A stretch of DNA of 64,000 bases from Carpediemonas membranifera BICM (Eukaryota; Protista; Fornicata). The translations under genes were made by a program, and so were the position numbers. This document shows positions 34,703 to 47,844 of this stretch, in pieces; the stretch's first letter is position 1, and each line of letters opens with the position of its first letter. The stretch is taken from positions 66,595-130,594 of the forward strand of contig JAHDYR010000037.1 in assembly GCA_019828565.1 (NCBI GenBank), written 5' to 3'. The notes below the pieces were generated by a model. It saw nothing but the letters and a program-made list of their open reading frames with translations, ran no database searches and was not told the origin of the DNA.

Positions 34703-35402
34703 GATTATAAGGCTCTCAGGACCTAATGAAAAATTCATAAGGCTCTGAGAGCCTAATAAACCATGCGGAAAAAATGACCAGTATCAGTAGGCAACGGCGC
34801 GCGGGAGATTCATTAGGCTCTGAGAGCCTTATACACGATTTCGAATTGGTGTATAAGGCTCTGAGAGCCTTATGAACTCAGAGGAGGTCCTCGGGGCACT
34901 TCGGTGCAGAATTTTGATTGGGCATCTGATTGGACCATGGGGCGGATGCTCAGAGGGATGAATGCGAGCTCAATGGAGACCATTGGACATGTCAGAGATG
35001 GCATGTCCAGGTGAAGGTCCATCATGGAAGGAGCCATTCACGATAAGTCTTCTAAATGTTGTGTTGCGAGCGTCTGAAGGGCTTTCTCTGGATACCGACC
35101 AAGATGGAGGTCACGTGGATCAACGGACGATAATTGCGGTATTCTGGCCTTGTATGCCACTCTTAAATCCATTGTTTGATCCATTCCCGCGTTTATAGTT
35201 CATCTCAACGCTTCCTCGACGAGTTACAATTGTTGATGTTGTTTAGGTTCTATTACAGGCCATTCGAGGCCACAGAGCTCTCATGATGTTGTTTTAGTGA
35301 TATACACATGCTTGCCAGCGTTTGAGGATCGATACTCTTCTCCTTTCTTCGTTTGGTTTTCTAATTTCGTTGCGAGCATAAAGTGCACCTTGAAGAAACG
35401 TT

Positions 35403-36089
35403 ATGCCTCCGAAACGGAGTAATACTGCTAAGAGCAAGGGCAGAAAGCGTCTAAACGCTGTGGAAATGATTTCTACTTACTTAGAGAAGGAGCACGCTGC
35501 TGGAAGCATCTCCGCTGCCGATGTCGCCACCGGAAACCGCATTTGCAATGAGGTGGTTGACAGACGCCCCAATGACCTCCCCACATTCGTTCCGGAGGAT
35601 CTTAGGGATGAAGCGGAGTTCCGTTCTCTCGATAGCATTGAGCAGATCATGGCGCAGTACAAGGGCGAGTCTTCTGAGGCCAAGGAGAAGCGCTTCAGGG
35701 CCCTCATCAGCCTGGACGCCGAAGGAGATGAGGTCAACCATGGCAGCCCTCTCTTGGCAACTGTCCGTGAGTACCGCGAGCTGTTCCACGGCATCCCTCA
35801 GTCGGTCCGCCCCCGCGCTTACGCCTTCGTCGCCCAGAGGCTTGGTATCTCTGTCGACAAGGTCAGAGAGGTCCTTCTGGAGAGTGTGTGCCGCAAGGAC
35901 TCTAAGCTCATCTTCGAGCGTCCGCAGCTTGTCCTCAAGAAGCACTCGAAGACCTTCAAGGACCTCGCCGCTGTGATTGAGAAGAGGAACGCTGCCCGTG
36001 CCGCTGCAGAGGCTCGTGATGTTCTGCGTATACCCGTTTACGCGAGCCTCCTGCTCTTCCACGCAGCTAACGTCAACTCAAATGAGTAA
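35403..36089 (+). CDS. Basic HTH-like protein (A copy 2)
   Basis: Copy of 4066-4752. Confidence 0.75.
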   Translation: MPPKRSNTAKSKGRKRLNAVEMISTYLEKEHAAGSISAADVATGNRICNEVVDRRPNDLPTFVPEDLRDEAEFRSLDSIEQIMAQYKGESSEAKEKRFRALISLDAEGDEVNHGSPLLATVREYRELFHGIPQSVRPRAYAFVAQRLGISVDKVREVLLESVCRKDSKLIFERPQLVLKKHSKTFKDLAAVIEKRNAARAAAEARDVLRIPVYASLLLFHAANVNSNE

Positions 36090-36109
36090 TAAATCGACTG
36101 CTTCTTCAT

Positions 36110-37067
36110 TTAATCTTCATTCTCTTCCTCATCTTCCTTCTCAGACAGCAGATGGTACCACTCTTCCTCGAAATAGTTCTCTTTCTGGTAATCCTTACGC
36201 ATCTTTGATCTCTTATCCACGATCTTTTGGACCAAATCCCTTCGGTTGCTGTCGTAAAGGGCGATGATTATCTCACGTTGCTTCTTGCGCGTCGGGTGCG
36301 GGGTAACACTCTTCCTCAGACGCTTAATGTAGCGGTTGAGCTTGTCCGAGGGCTTGGTGGGCAGGGTGGGTTGGGTGGCTTGGGTTCTCTTTGGGGGAGG
36401 CTGGACCTGGTCCACAGAAGTGAAAGCCGTACCGTAGTCGACGGACGGGGGAGCCCTCCAGGACTTCATGGCATATCCATGGCAAGCAACGAGACTCTCA
36501 CCGAGCTTCGTCCACTTGTTCGGGCCGTATGTTGCCTCCATGGTCACCAGTTTCGCATCATCCAGGTACTCCATCGTGGACTTTTGCTTGGAGATGGACA
36601 TCCCCATACGCTGGTAGGCTGGCACAAGAGAACTTACACACTGCAGGCGGATCCTCTGTCCGGCAGAGGCAACCGAAAGAAGAATCGTGGCGAGACCATT
36701 GCCCCTGGCATAGAATGCCGTGCGAATAACCACAACATATAAGTCCTGGCGCAGCTCGGAAGGGGTTTCATCAGTAGCTTCGGTGTTGTATGACTCCTTC
36801 GTGAGCAACAAGGCCGAAATGATGGAATCAGTCTTGCAGTCACGAATCGCAACCAATCTGGGTAAATACCTGGGCAACACTGGGTGAACAAACATGAAGA
36901 AGCGATGATCGATGTCATCAACTCCTCTCGTGGCAACGTCCTGCTTAAAAAAACGTACGGACACTGGGGATGATGTCTGACTTATCAGAAAGTCTTACGT
37001 ACTGTATATAAGCCTTATGGGCTGCAAGAGTATCCTCTGTCCAAGATTCTTTCCCCGTTTGGTTCAT
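36110..37067 (-). CDS. GNAT acetyltransferase (A copy 2)
   Basis: Copy of 3088-4045. Confidence 0.75.
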
Positions 37068-37195
37068 TTTCACAAACTTTTTGTGAAACCTGCGAAATGT
37101 GAAATGTGCCATTCATGAAAAAAAAGTGGCACATATGAAAAATGAATGAATTTATCACGGAACCATCTTACATCACTTTATATCACGCGGATGCC

Positions 37196-39746
37196 TCAAT
37201 TCTGTCTGCTACACTCTCCACACAGGCAGCAAACTAACTCTATGCCATGGTCCGCCAGACTGCATGACATCGTGCCCTCCTCACCCCACGTCAGCGTCGT
37301 ATGCTCTTCTACAAACTCCCACACTTCATCAACAGTCTCCTGAAAGGTCTGGATCATCTCACGAGTTGGCTCGAAGGTCACGGTGGTCAGTGTGCGGACA
37401 CCAAACCAATGCTTCGCATCCTTACAGCAGTCGTGAACTCGCACACACTTGAGTCGCTGGAGCTGGGGGACAGAGTAGTCCTGCCGACCAAAAAGAACGC
37501 ATGCCCGTCAGGAAGGAACACGCGAGAGTTGTCTGCTCGATCAAGCAAATGCCCTCAAGGACTGCCTTCCTGTGCAACTTGGCTGCTACCTCCTGGTTCT
37601 TGATGAACTCTCGCTCAAAGTACTCCTCTAGGATATAGAACAGCGGCACCTTGAGATGCTTGTGGCACAGGGGCTGCGTCGTGAGTCTGCTGATGCTGTA
37701 GAGGTTCTCAGCGCACGGTTTCTCCTTCGTCTTCGCTTCGCTGCTTGATAGCAGGGATATGGAAGTCTTATCCTTGTTAGGAATGAACGCAATCGTGACG
37801 TGAATGAGGTGGGCCACTGCGGCAGCCATGAAGTGAAACGCGACAGCCGCGTCAGTCACAGGTTCGGACGAGTAGTACATGGCCTGGAGGTAGCCAATGA
37901 GCCGAATGATATCTTGAATGCACTCAGGGAGAGCAACGTAGTCCTCTTGGTCGTGGCAGCCATCCTTACACGTGCGGACGACTGCTCGTTACAACCTACG
38001 GTCCTATCGATGCTTCGCATGGACGACATACGGCCAAGCTTAAGGTTGAGGAGCTTATTCTGGATGATCTCCTCGCGGGACCCGCGGGTGGTGGGATGCT
38101 TCTTGAAAGAACCACAGATATGGGCAACCTGCTCGAGTAAACGGTGCGAGTCGTGCATGAATGGAGGGCATATGACGATCTTCTCAAGAGGGATGACACT
38201 ACAATTCTCGAACACCATGCGTTCATTGGTGAAATCGCCATAGATTGCAAGTACATCTTGAACTCGGTTCGGGTCGTCGACTTCAGCCTGGTATGCTGTC
38301 TTATCGTCCAGGTTGTCCTTGATGGTGAGACGATGGCGGCCTGCTATCGGGTGGAGCGCCTTACTTTTGTGGTAAATCGTGTTGCAAGGGTGTGGATAGT
38401 TGGGCCGGCCCGACTTTCTGGACAGCATGTGGCGGAGGGCGGCATGATCGCCCATGACGATGACATGGTCGAAGATTGTGACCTCACCAGTGTCTCTGAT
38501 GGGTATCTGACTCGTGTATAGGCGCTCAATCTCCTTCTCGACGCGAGAAAGAGACTCTTCCATCAACAAATCACCCTCGCTACCCATATACTCGACTATA
38601 CGGAAAGGTGGAGTAATCTTGTTGGGGAATGTGAAGCCTGTGGGGTCGTAGATGCGGAGCTTGAAGGCAGCAGAACCCCCTTTCCACCCGTCAAGCCATA
38701 GTAGGATCTTCATGGGGCTAAACGTGACTCCAACCCTGTTGCCAAGGGCGTTCTTGCATCGAACGTAGTTGGGCTGGTCCGACTCGAGCCATTCCGGGTG
38801 GCGAACAGCTTGCTTGAGGTAACGAACGGCATCAAACCAGACTCGATCAACCTTGTCCCATGTGGAGCTGTTGAGCCGCTTGCCGAGGGTGACTCCCTGG
38901 GTCTGCTTGAGCTCAGGGCGATGACTTGTGGCCACATCGCTCGTCTCGTAGTGAAGATCAAGCATTGGCTTCTCCCACTTGAAGTCAATGACGTTCTCCG
39001 CGTCCGTCAGGGGCTGGATATCGACACCCTCGTCCACCGTTAGGCGATTGGTGCACTCGAGTCTCGACTTTGTGCCATTTCTGCCCCACCGCCAGGTCGT
39101 GTTGACTGTGACAGACTCCACAGGGACGAGATGACCCAAGAAAGCAACCTCTGGTCTAGTCAGCGCTGCAACCAGGCCGTTGATCTTGGTGATATTGACC
39201 TGCAACTGCTTCACGAAGATATCAGCAGCCTTGCTGGAGATGATTGGCATATGAAGTCGCGCAGAAAGACTACGGATGAGCTTAAAGAGCTCATGGGTTG
39301 CGTTACAACCCGACTTGATGTACATCAGGATAGAAACAAGCTCCAAAAATCTGCTTGTAGTTGTCAGTTTCCTCAGTTGAGACCTCGTGCTGTCTCCGCA
39401 AGCGTTCGTGGGTGACAGCAATACGCGCGTGGTCACGTACGAAGACATCGAAGGTCGGGGCGACTCCTCTATGGGAACGTACTGCACGCAAGAAGGGTCG
39501 AGAGTCGTGCGGGTCGGCGAAAAATCTCGGATCGACCTCCATGTCCGCAAATAGGCCCTGGTTAGCCATTTCCAAGATGAGTTCACGGAATTCTCGGCGC
39601 TGGCGGCCTCGATCCTGTGTATTTCCGCCAATACCAACAAGGGAGAGGTATGTATGAGCGAGAATGTAGTTCATACGCTCTGCAGTCCTTGGAGGGCCAG
39701 TATTGTCGTAGACAGTGCCAATGAAGGTCTGTATGACAATGTGCAT
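37196..39746 (-). CDS. DDE transposase (A copy 2, frameshifted)
   Basis: Copy of 408-2961. Confidence 0.75.
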
Positions 39747-40654
39747 GCTCAGGAATTTTTGCTGAAGTCACTTTCACATTTCACAAGTTTCACAAGAGTT
39801 TGTGAAAGATTTTTGGTTTGGGGCTTCCGCTGCTCTGTTTCCTCCAAAAAGTTGTGAGCAGCAACTACACTGAGTTTTATACGTATTCTATGCTTCTCAT
39901 ACCCATTGATGCGTTATTGCGCAATTCTGCTTTGCCCTCAAAGGAAAAGTGAATTTGAATTTCCCCCTGAATCTTGCAAGATACTGCGGAAGTAACGGTA
40001 AGAAAAAATGAAACTCGCCAACGAAAGCAGCTGGAAGAAAATGGTAAAAAGTATTGGAACTAGGACAATATGGTGTACACTCTGAGCAACTTCATTTCTT
40101 TCTGGCGTTCACCTGTGTCACGAGCTCTTTGGGCACTGTTTCGGGCGTTAGGACAAACCAAGGGTTCCATGATCCTTTGTTGATCTAGTTACACCTCTGT
40201 TGTTAGCACAATCTTCCAAGACCATCTCATCGTTGATAAAATTTTGCAGATTTTTCGAATGCGAGAAAATGAAGACTTCCCCACAGAACCTGAGTATGTA
40301 CGGATAGTACTTGACCCCCATGGATTATCCCCCCATGTTTGGTTTTTGTGGGGAAGTCTTCATTTTCTCAATCTCTGATTCAATCATTAATTCATACGGA
40401 AGTAGAAGATACTGGAGGCTGAAAACTTCAGAGGGCATTGCTATTAGCTATAAAACACCGCTGTTAAGATCCCATGTTCGAACGAGCACTTCACATTTAC
40501 AACATAAAATGCGTTATCCTCTTTTATCAACACTGACACCATGTGATACTTCAAGACGCCAGACATGTCTTTTATGCTTCTATAACTACCTTCTAGATGT
40601 TCTGGAGGTGCCTGAGATCGCCTGGATCGCGAGGTTTGACCAGCGTTGACACAT

Positions 40655-40704
40655 GAGTATCTCCAGAGTATCTCCCGGGAGACTCTAGCCATTCTTACAG
40701 TATG
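40655..40704 (-). repeat. Right TIR of A
   Basis: Reverse complement of 29361-29410 with one mismatch. Confidence 0.95.
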
Positions 40705-42751
40705 AAATAGCGTCGCATGCTCATCCTTGACGACCACAATAGCTTGCGCCGCAGCCACATCTTCATCAGATCCACGCCGGACCATGCCGGACTCATAAAC
40801 TTCCGTCAAATGCATCCGCACAATATACTTGTCATGGTACGTCAACATCTTGACCCAGATAACGACTACAGTCTTGCTCTTCAGAGCTGACCAGGCCATG
40901 ACACCAAAGTTGCTGTACCAATCAGTGGCATCGTCGAACATCAGGGTGGGCACGAACACGTTAGACGTCTCAAGCCTCAGCCTCTCGCCAGCATCGGAGA
41001 ATCCCCAGGCGCGCACCTCCTCCCTCACTGCTGCCACTTCCTCTGCCGCAAACTTCTTGTCGAACTCGCCATTCTCAACCTTCTGCAGGCAGTAGCCGAT
41101 GCACAATCCATCCGGGTTGACTGCAATCTTCCGCCAACTCTTACGATCTTTGAGAACTCGCTCGCCTACCTTGTCGTACTCCACGTCGATGTACTTCTGC
41201 CTATCAACGTCGCTCCGTAAGTATATCTGCATAGGGGGAACATTGGCAGGCGTCGGAGAGTGCTGTTTGATGATAGCCTTCATCTCTGGCGACAGACCGA
41301 GGTCGAGGGGTGGGACCGTTATGAACTTCTGGCCCCCGTACCTCATCATGGTGCTATTGATCCGAGTCCATAAGGCTCCAGTCACATTGTTCCTCTGGAA
41401 CAGTACCATCAAGGCAGCGAGAGGAACGTAGCGGTCAAGCTCCACTGTTGCCTCCTCGGCGCGCCTGACAAGCTCAGCCCAGTTGTCCTCGAGTTCATCG
41501 GCGAGCGCTTCAAGCCCAGCCTCACTCGCCCGTGCCAACTCTGCTTGAGTAAACTGATGGATCGCCTGATCCTCGGCCTTCTGCTGACCTAACTCAGCTT
41601 CAAGTCTCTTCTGGGACTCCTCAGACTCTCTGTTAGCCTGTTCAAGCGCCTCCCTCGCCTCCCTCTCCTCAGCAAGCCGTTTTATCAAGGGCTCGTACTG
41701 CTCCAACAAGCGCACAGACTCAGGGACATCATCAAGGCCTGCAATGGTGTCGTCTAGCTGCTGAAGGAGAGAACCAACGGTGTCTGTGTCGTCCACATCG
41801 GACTCTACGTCGACGTCTTGATCAGACTGTGGCAAAGGAACGCCGTCACCCTGCATGGCGGCCGGTTCAGAGTGGCCATCGGACTCGGACTCGTCAGTGT
41901 CGGAAAATTCATCGTGTGTCGTGGACTCTGCGTCGACAACCGGAAGCGGCTGAGGGGCAGCAACAACGGAAGAAGGCTTGGTGGCTGCTGCTGAGCGATC
42001 CTGGGCCCGGACTAACTCCTCTTGGACCTTCATCAGAGCAGCAGTCGATGAGGCGAGCTCCTTCTCAAGACGAGCGATCTTCCTCTTCAGAGGAGCTGAC
42101 GGATCGAGCGAACCGATCTTAGCCAACTCCTCGGCCAGCTTCTCTGAGCCAGCGAAGGACAGCTTCTTGCTGAGCTGGGCGTGGGCGATAAACTGGCCAA
42201 ATTGGCCTGCCGGAACACGAGAATCGAGTTTCTTCGAGTCCTTGTGGCGCAACACAAGGTGGAATGCGCGGTAAATCTCAACCTGCTTCTCAACAGGGAG
42301 CGAGTCGACGCCGACTAGAGCCTTATGAACAGATTTGGCGGTGAAGTGGTCACAAAACTTCCGTCGGAATGCCTCAATTGTGTCGGGAGAGTCAAAGTCG
42401 ACCTCGCAGAGGTAGTTGCGGTTAGTTGCGTCACATATCGCGCGTAGTTTGGCAACTCCATAGTCGTGAACGTGCTGGCTTAAAGTGCGCTTCAACGGGA
42501 ACCCGAAAACAACGTTGATCGTACGAATGCTGATCAGACGGACGCAAACGAAGAACAGAGGGTCATCAGAGACGATGCCGTGATCTTGCAGCCAGGTTAT
42601 ACGGCTCTTTGTGGACGAAAGGGCGTCGTATGCACGGAATGAATCATCTGTGTAAATAGGACCGTGAAAATGAAAGTGACATACCAGAATCGTCAGGAGC
42701 AAGCATTGTCTCCTTCAGTTTGCCGAGAGAGATGATGTCTTCGTTAACCAT
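40705..42751 (-). pseudogene. Coiled-coil plus OTU-like protease of B, disrupted by A near its C-terminus
   Basis: NPDGLCIGYCLQ...EHATLF. A 37-nt intron at 42648-42684 links the ATG at 42751 in frame. Confidence 0.75.
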
Positions 42752-43430
42752 TGTCAATTTGGTCCTCAGAAGACTTTCTCGAAAAATGAAATACGTTTTA
42801 TCTCAATAAATATTGCCAGCTGTCATGTAAATACCTCCGATCAGCCATAAAGACCCAAGAGCTACCCCTTGGCCGATTTTCAGCTCATTCTGCACCTGCG
42901 CTGTTTTGGCCGTTTTTCGATGGGCATCTCCTCGCTCCATTTTCGATTTTGTCAATTTGGTCCTCAGAGGACACAGATTAAATTTTTCAGTGTCCTCTGA
43001 GGACAACATTGACAGGATTTGTAGCTTATCCATGGCCAGAAACTGAAATCGCTGAAAAGCTCAGAGACGTCGTTATATCATCTATAACGGCATCTCTGAG
43101 CTTTTGGGCGCACGGTTTCATCCTGACGTGGAGATCGATGGTGGTGAAAATGAAGAATTGACTAGGAGAGCTCTACGCTTGCATGCAGCCTTCTATTAGG
43201 TTGTTGATGTTGGTTATATGCTTCTTTTTCGTTCTCGATGCGTGTGGATGAGTATTCTGTTGCAAGATTCATTTTGATGGACTGATGTTGGTTATAGAGG
43301 ATAAAGGCACCAGAATGGATCATATGCATGCTATAAACCCGTTCTGTGCCGTTGGAATACCATAGCTGCGCAGCAATGTCGAGAGTCACAGTTCATTTCA
43401 CATTTTCACACGCATTTTAAGGAAACAACG

Positions 43431-44192
43431 ATGGCAAGAAGTAAACAAGGCAATATACAGGCCACTGAAGCTCAAAAGGAGAGGAGAATGGCTCTTGGCA
43501 AGAAAGCGCAGCAAAAGAGCCAGAGCAAGTCCAACAAGTCCACGAAAACAGCCCGAAAAGCTCACAAGACGCCCGTCGAGATTGTTCAGACCTTTATCAG
43601 CAATTTCCTCACTAATAATGACGATATTACCCGCGCAAACGGATGGGTTGTCGACTTCAGCCAGAAGTTTGCCGCCGAGGTCCCTAAGATGAAAGTAGCC
43701 TCCTTGAAGAAGGACAAGCTCTACGGCAATCTCCAGTCGGTCGAAGAGATCAGCCGCAAGTGGCAGGGAGGCGGTGATGAGGACAAGCGTCACCGCTTCA
43801 AGGCTCTCCTCAGTCTTGACGCTCAGACAGATGAGCTAGACACGGACGACCCACTCATCGCGACTGTCCGCGAGATGGATGATGCCTTTCACCGCATTCC
43901 CATCGCCTACCGGGCTAAGGTCCATGCCTTCGCTGCTTCATCGTGCGGTGTGACGGTCGATGACGTCAAGCTCGTCCTGAGCAAGCCTTGCCGTGACCGC
44001 GACGCGGATCTCATCTTCGCCAGACCCACCAGAGTTCTGAAGAAGGAGGCTAAGACACTCAGTCAGCTCACTTCTGTCATTGCGAAGCGGAATGCGGAAC
44101 GTGCTGAGGCTGAATCGCGTGATGTGCTGCGTCGCAAGGTATACCAAGCCATCATGAATTACTACTTAGAGTGTTCGGCACAGGAGCTATAA
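43431..44192 (+). CDS. Basic HTH-like protein (B) with H3-tail-like N-terminus
   Basis: Homolog of the A 228-aa ORF (RF.AL.SLDA, IAKRNA.RA.AE.RDVLR). Starts MARSKQ. Confidence 0.78.
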   Translation: MARSKQGNIQATEAQKERRMALGKKAQQKSQSKSNKSTKTARKAHKTPVEIVQTFISNFLTNNDDITRANGWVVDFSQKFAAEVPKMKVASLKKDKLYGNLQSVEEISRKWQGGGDEDKRHRFKALLSLDAQTDELDTDDPLIATVREMDDAFHRIPIAYRAKVHAFAASSCGVTVDDVKLVLSKPCRDRDADLIFARPTRVLKKEAKTLSQLTSVIAKRNAERAEAESRDVLRRKVYQAIMNYYLECSAQEL

Positions 44193-44216
44193 ATTCTTGT
44201 TTTATTTTCATTTCAT

Positions 44217-45142
44217 TTACACTTCTTCGTCATCCTCAACGGAAATATTCCATTCACTGTCCCAGAAGTTGGCTTTCTTCTCCTTACGCATCTCGGTCCT
44301 CGTTTCCTTGATCTCTTTGACCAGCGTGAAAGAACGAAGGTTGTAATGGCGGATAATCATCAACTTCTGCCTGATTCGGGTGACGTTAGGCCGTTTTGCC
44401 GCACGTTCACGGCGCACGGACACACGGGTGCGTTCCACGAACGAGTCAACACTCCTCTTGTCGGAAGCAGGCATCCCATGAGCGTGCTGATCAAGTCTAT
44501 TACCATGGTTGGTCACGCGGATCAACGTAGAGCCTTGCATTATCATCCCACAGCACTCTGTCAGGCTCTTGCCGAGGTTGGTCCACTTGTTGGGACCCAT
44601 CGTGCCCTCCATCGTGACAATGGCAAGTGGGTTGCCCCCCGTGTCCACCAGCTGCTCGACCTGCGACGGGTCCGATGACTCCTTGAGGCCAAAGGACGCA
44701 TACATGTCCTGGAGTCGCTTGTCGCACTGCAGTCGGACGAGTTCTTCGGCAGATGCTATGCTAAGAAGCACCCTCGCGAACCCAAGACCTCTGCAGGAGA
44801 CGGCTGTCCGTAAGCCGATGACAAACCGCTCCTGGTGCAGTTGTCCGCTCAGGGTCTGCCCCTCCCTGTACGACTCGCGGAAGAGAAGGCATGCAGCCTT
44901 GATGTTGTCCATCTCAACCCCACGAATTGCGATGAGACTGTGTTAACAAGAAGTGTAGTGGGTCTGACATACATGACGAATGAGTAGTTCAGACAGTCGA
45001 GGTTCGAAGTCGCCAGATCTCTGTTGAAGAAGGCCCTGACAGACGGCAAGAGCTCAGACTTGTCTGAAAGCTTGACATATTGAATATAGGCCTTGTGTTG
45101 CGATAAATTCATCGTCAGCCATGTCGGAAGTGACGTTTCCAT
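44217..45142 (-). CDS. GNAT acetyltransferase (B, frameshifted)
   Basis: RTAVSCRGLGFARVLL, MYASFGL, GPNKWT shared with A. Confidence 0.75.
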
Positions 45143-45265
45143 TGTTTTTCACCAAACAAGTGACGTAATGTGAAAATTGTGAAACTACCAATGTTGAAAA
45201 AAAAATTGGTAGTTGGGGGAAACACACCAAATGGGATGTACTGACCAATAAAACTCCTTTACTCA

Positions 45266-47844
45266 CTACTCAGCGCGTGCATGACCGCAAATGCAGCAAA
45301 CAAGCTCCTCACCCATGTCTGCCAACTCGCAAACCATCACCCCAGACTCTTCGTCCCATGCCAAAGCCGAATAATCGTTGACGTACTGCCACATCTCGTC
45401 AACGAGCTCCTGGAAGAGGCGCACCACCGCCGCCGTGGCATGGAATTGGTGCCTTGCCTCCATGTGGCTGCGAATGGCGAACCATGAGCGAGCTTGTCTG
45501 CAGCATTGGTGGACTCGGACACGACGAAGCCTGTTCAGCGGGGGGACTGAGTAGTCCTGGCGACCGAACGAGCGAATACCCGTTAAGAACGTGCAGATGA
45601 GGGTGGTCTGCTCGGTCAAACACAGCTTCTCGATCATGGCCGACCTGTGCAACTCGGCTCGGACCTCCTGGTTCTTGATGAACTCTCTCTCAAAGAACTC
45701 CTCGAGGAGGTAAAAAAAGAGGAATGCGGAGATGATCGTGAAGAAGAGGCTGGGCAGTGAGCCTGCTGTTGACATAGAGTGTCTGGGCACATGGCTTCTC
45801 CGCCTTGTCTGCTTGCCCAGGAGGGAGCAACGCCAGCTTTGTCTGGTGTGCCTGCAGACTGAGCATGACGTGGAACAGGTGGCACATGGACGCGGCCAAG
45901 AAGTGGAATGCGACTTTGCTGTCGGTGACAGGCTCGGTTGAGTAGTAAAGAGCCTGGAGATAGCCAATGAGTCGCACAATATCTTGGACGGACTCAGGAA
46001 GAGCCTCGTAATCCTCGTTCGTGGTGTTCGCCATGCGAACTCTGGCAGCAGACTGCTCGTTGCACCCGACAGTGCGGTCAATACTGCGGTTGGATGACAT
46101 GCGCTGGAGCTTGCGCTTGTCTACGGCAGTTGCGTTCCGATCAGCGGGGAAGCTGGCGCATAGCCGTGCCACTTGCTCGAGCAGGCGGTGCGAGTTGTGC
46201 ATGATCGGAGGACAAAAGACAACTCGCTCCGTGTGGATGACTCGGGGCTCTGGCCGGTTCTCGAAGATGGCCCTCTTGTCGGAGAAGTTGCCATACTCCT
46301 CTTTCGGGTCCTGCACACGGTCGGGGTCGGCCTGCACGGCGTGGAACGCTGCCTTCTGCTCGAGCAAATCATGCAAGGTGACCCGAGAGTGCGCCGGAAT
46401 GGGGTGCAGCGCCTTGTGGTCTCGACGGATGCTGTTGAAGGGCTGGGGATAGTGCCCTCCATTACCCTCGATGCCGGATGACAGCTTCCTGATGGCCGCG
46501 TGATCGCCCATGACGATGACTTGGTCGAAGGTGGTGACCTGGTCAGTTCCTCTGATCGGTATGAGGGCTTGATAGATCCGCTCGACTTCTTCCTCAACGA
46601 GTTGAAGGTTTCCCTCCTCCGTCAGCTCCTTCTCACCGGCAAGACACTCAACGAGTCGGAAGGGGGGAGTGATGCGGTTAGGGAACGTGAAGCCTGACGG
46701 GTCGTAGATGCGGATCTTGAACGTTGCGGTATGTCCCTTCCATGCGTCGAGCCACAGGAGTAGTTTTAGTGGTTGGAACTCGACATGGCCTGGGTCCTGA
46801 AGGGCACGAGAGCAACGCTCGAAGTTCGTCTGGTCAGACTCGAGCCACTCCGGGCGAAGCACTGCCTGCTGCAGATAGTACACGCCATCAAACCACACCG
46901 TTTCCACCTTGTCCCAGGTCGAGCTGTTCAGTCGCTTGCCCAGATGGGCGATACCTACACTGCCTTTGAGGGACTGGTAGTGCTGGACAGCGTCGGATTC
47001 GCTGTCATAGTGGAGGGTGAGCGTCGGTCGCTCCCAAGTGTGGTCGGCGACGAGGTCGTGGTCGAAAAACGGAGTCGGCTCGGCTCCGTCGGCTACAGTC
47101 AAACGGTTCGTGAGCTCAAGTCGCGACTGCGTGCCGGACATGGTACGCCGCCATGTTGTATTGCCTGAGACCGACCTGCACGGCACGAGATGCTTGACGA
47201 AGGCGCGCTCCTCCTCAGTGAGGGCCTCTGAGACACCAGATATTCTGGTCATGTCAATGCCAAGGTCCTTAATGAGCACCTCCGCGGTCTTGTTCTTCGA
47301 GATCGGCTTTCCAAGCCGGCGGGAGATGTTGTTGATGAGCTTAAAGAGCTCTTGGGTCGAGTTGAAGCCATTGCGGACGTACATCAGGATCGATGTGAGC
47401 TCCATGATTTCAGAAAAGTTGGCGGAGCGCTCCTCTGAGTCGTTGTAGTCCTGCACAGCACGCTCCTGGATGGCGTGGGTGCGGTAATTGTCCCGTACGA
47501 AGACAGGGGTGAGGAGGGTGTTGATTTCCGTGTGCGGTTGCGGCACGTTGGAAGGGACGGGAGTCTGCTGGAGGGCGGAAGAACCTTGCGTCGTGAATGC
47601 GCTGGGAGATCAGGTCCGCCTCCTCCATCTCGCGGACGAGCTGGCAGAATTGCTCGCGCTGAGGTCTTGTTCTGGCGGAGTTGAGGCCAATTCCGACCAT
47701 GGCGAAGTAGGTACAGCCAAGAAGGTAATTCATGCGCTCAACTGAGCGTGGCTGGTCATCATATATTGTACCGATGTGGCTCTCGAACACAATATGAGCA
47801 ACCATGATTTCTGTAGAGTTTAAAAAAACAAGATTTTTGTACAA
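45266..47844 (-). CDS. DDE transposase (B, frameshifted)
   Basis: LWLDAW, VMGDHAAI, PPIMHN, LEEFFEREF, C-terminal CCICG. Clearly homologous to the A transposase. Confidence 0.75.

Larger units (their letters stand above)
29361..40704 (-). mobile_element. Cargo DNA transposon family A, complete copy (11,344 bp)
   Basis: 50-bp TIRs at 29361-29410 and 40655-40704 (1 mismatch), AA/AA 2-bp TSD, inserted in the B OTU gene. Confidence 0.95.

Noticed and set aside
1-40152. 10.8-kb inverted repeat as the giant TIRs of one element or a fold-back artefact
   Set aside because: It is explained by two separate insertions of element A, each ending at its own 50-bp TIR in a different target gene.
40444-40704. 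C-terminal part of the 752-aa ORF
   Set aside because: Read-through into A's TIR; the true end of the gene is at 29230-29358.
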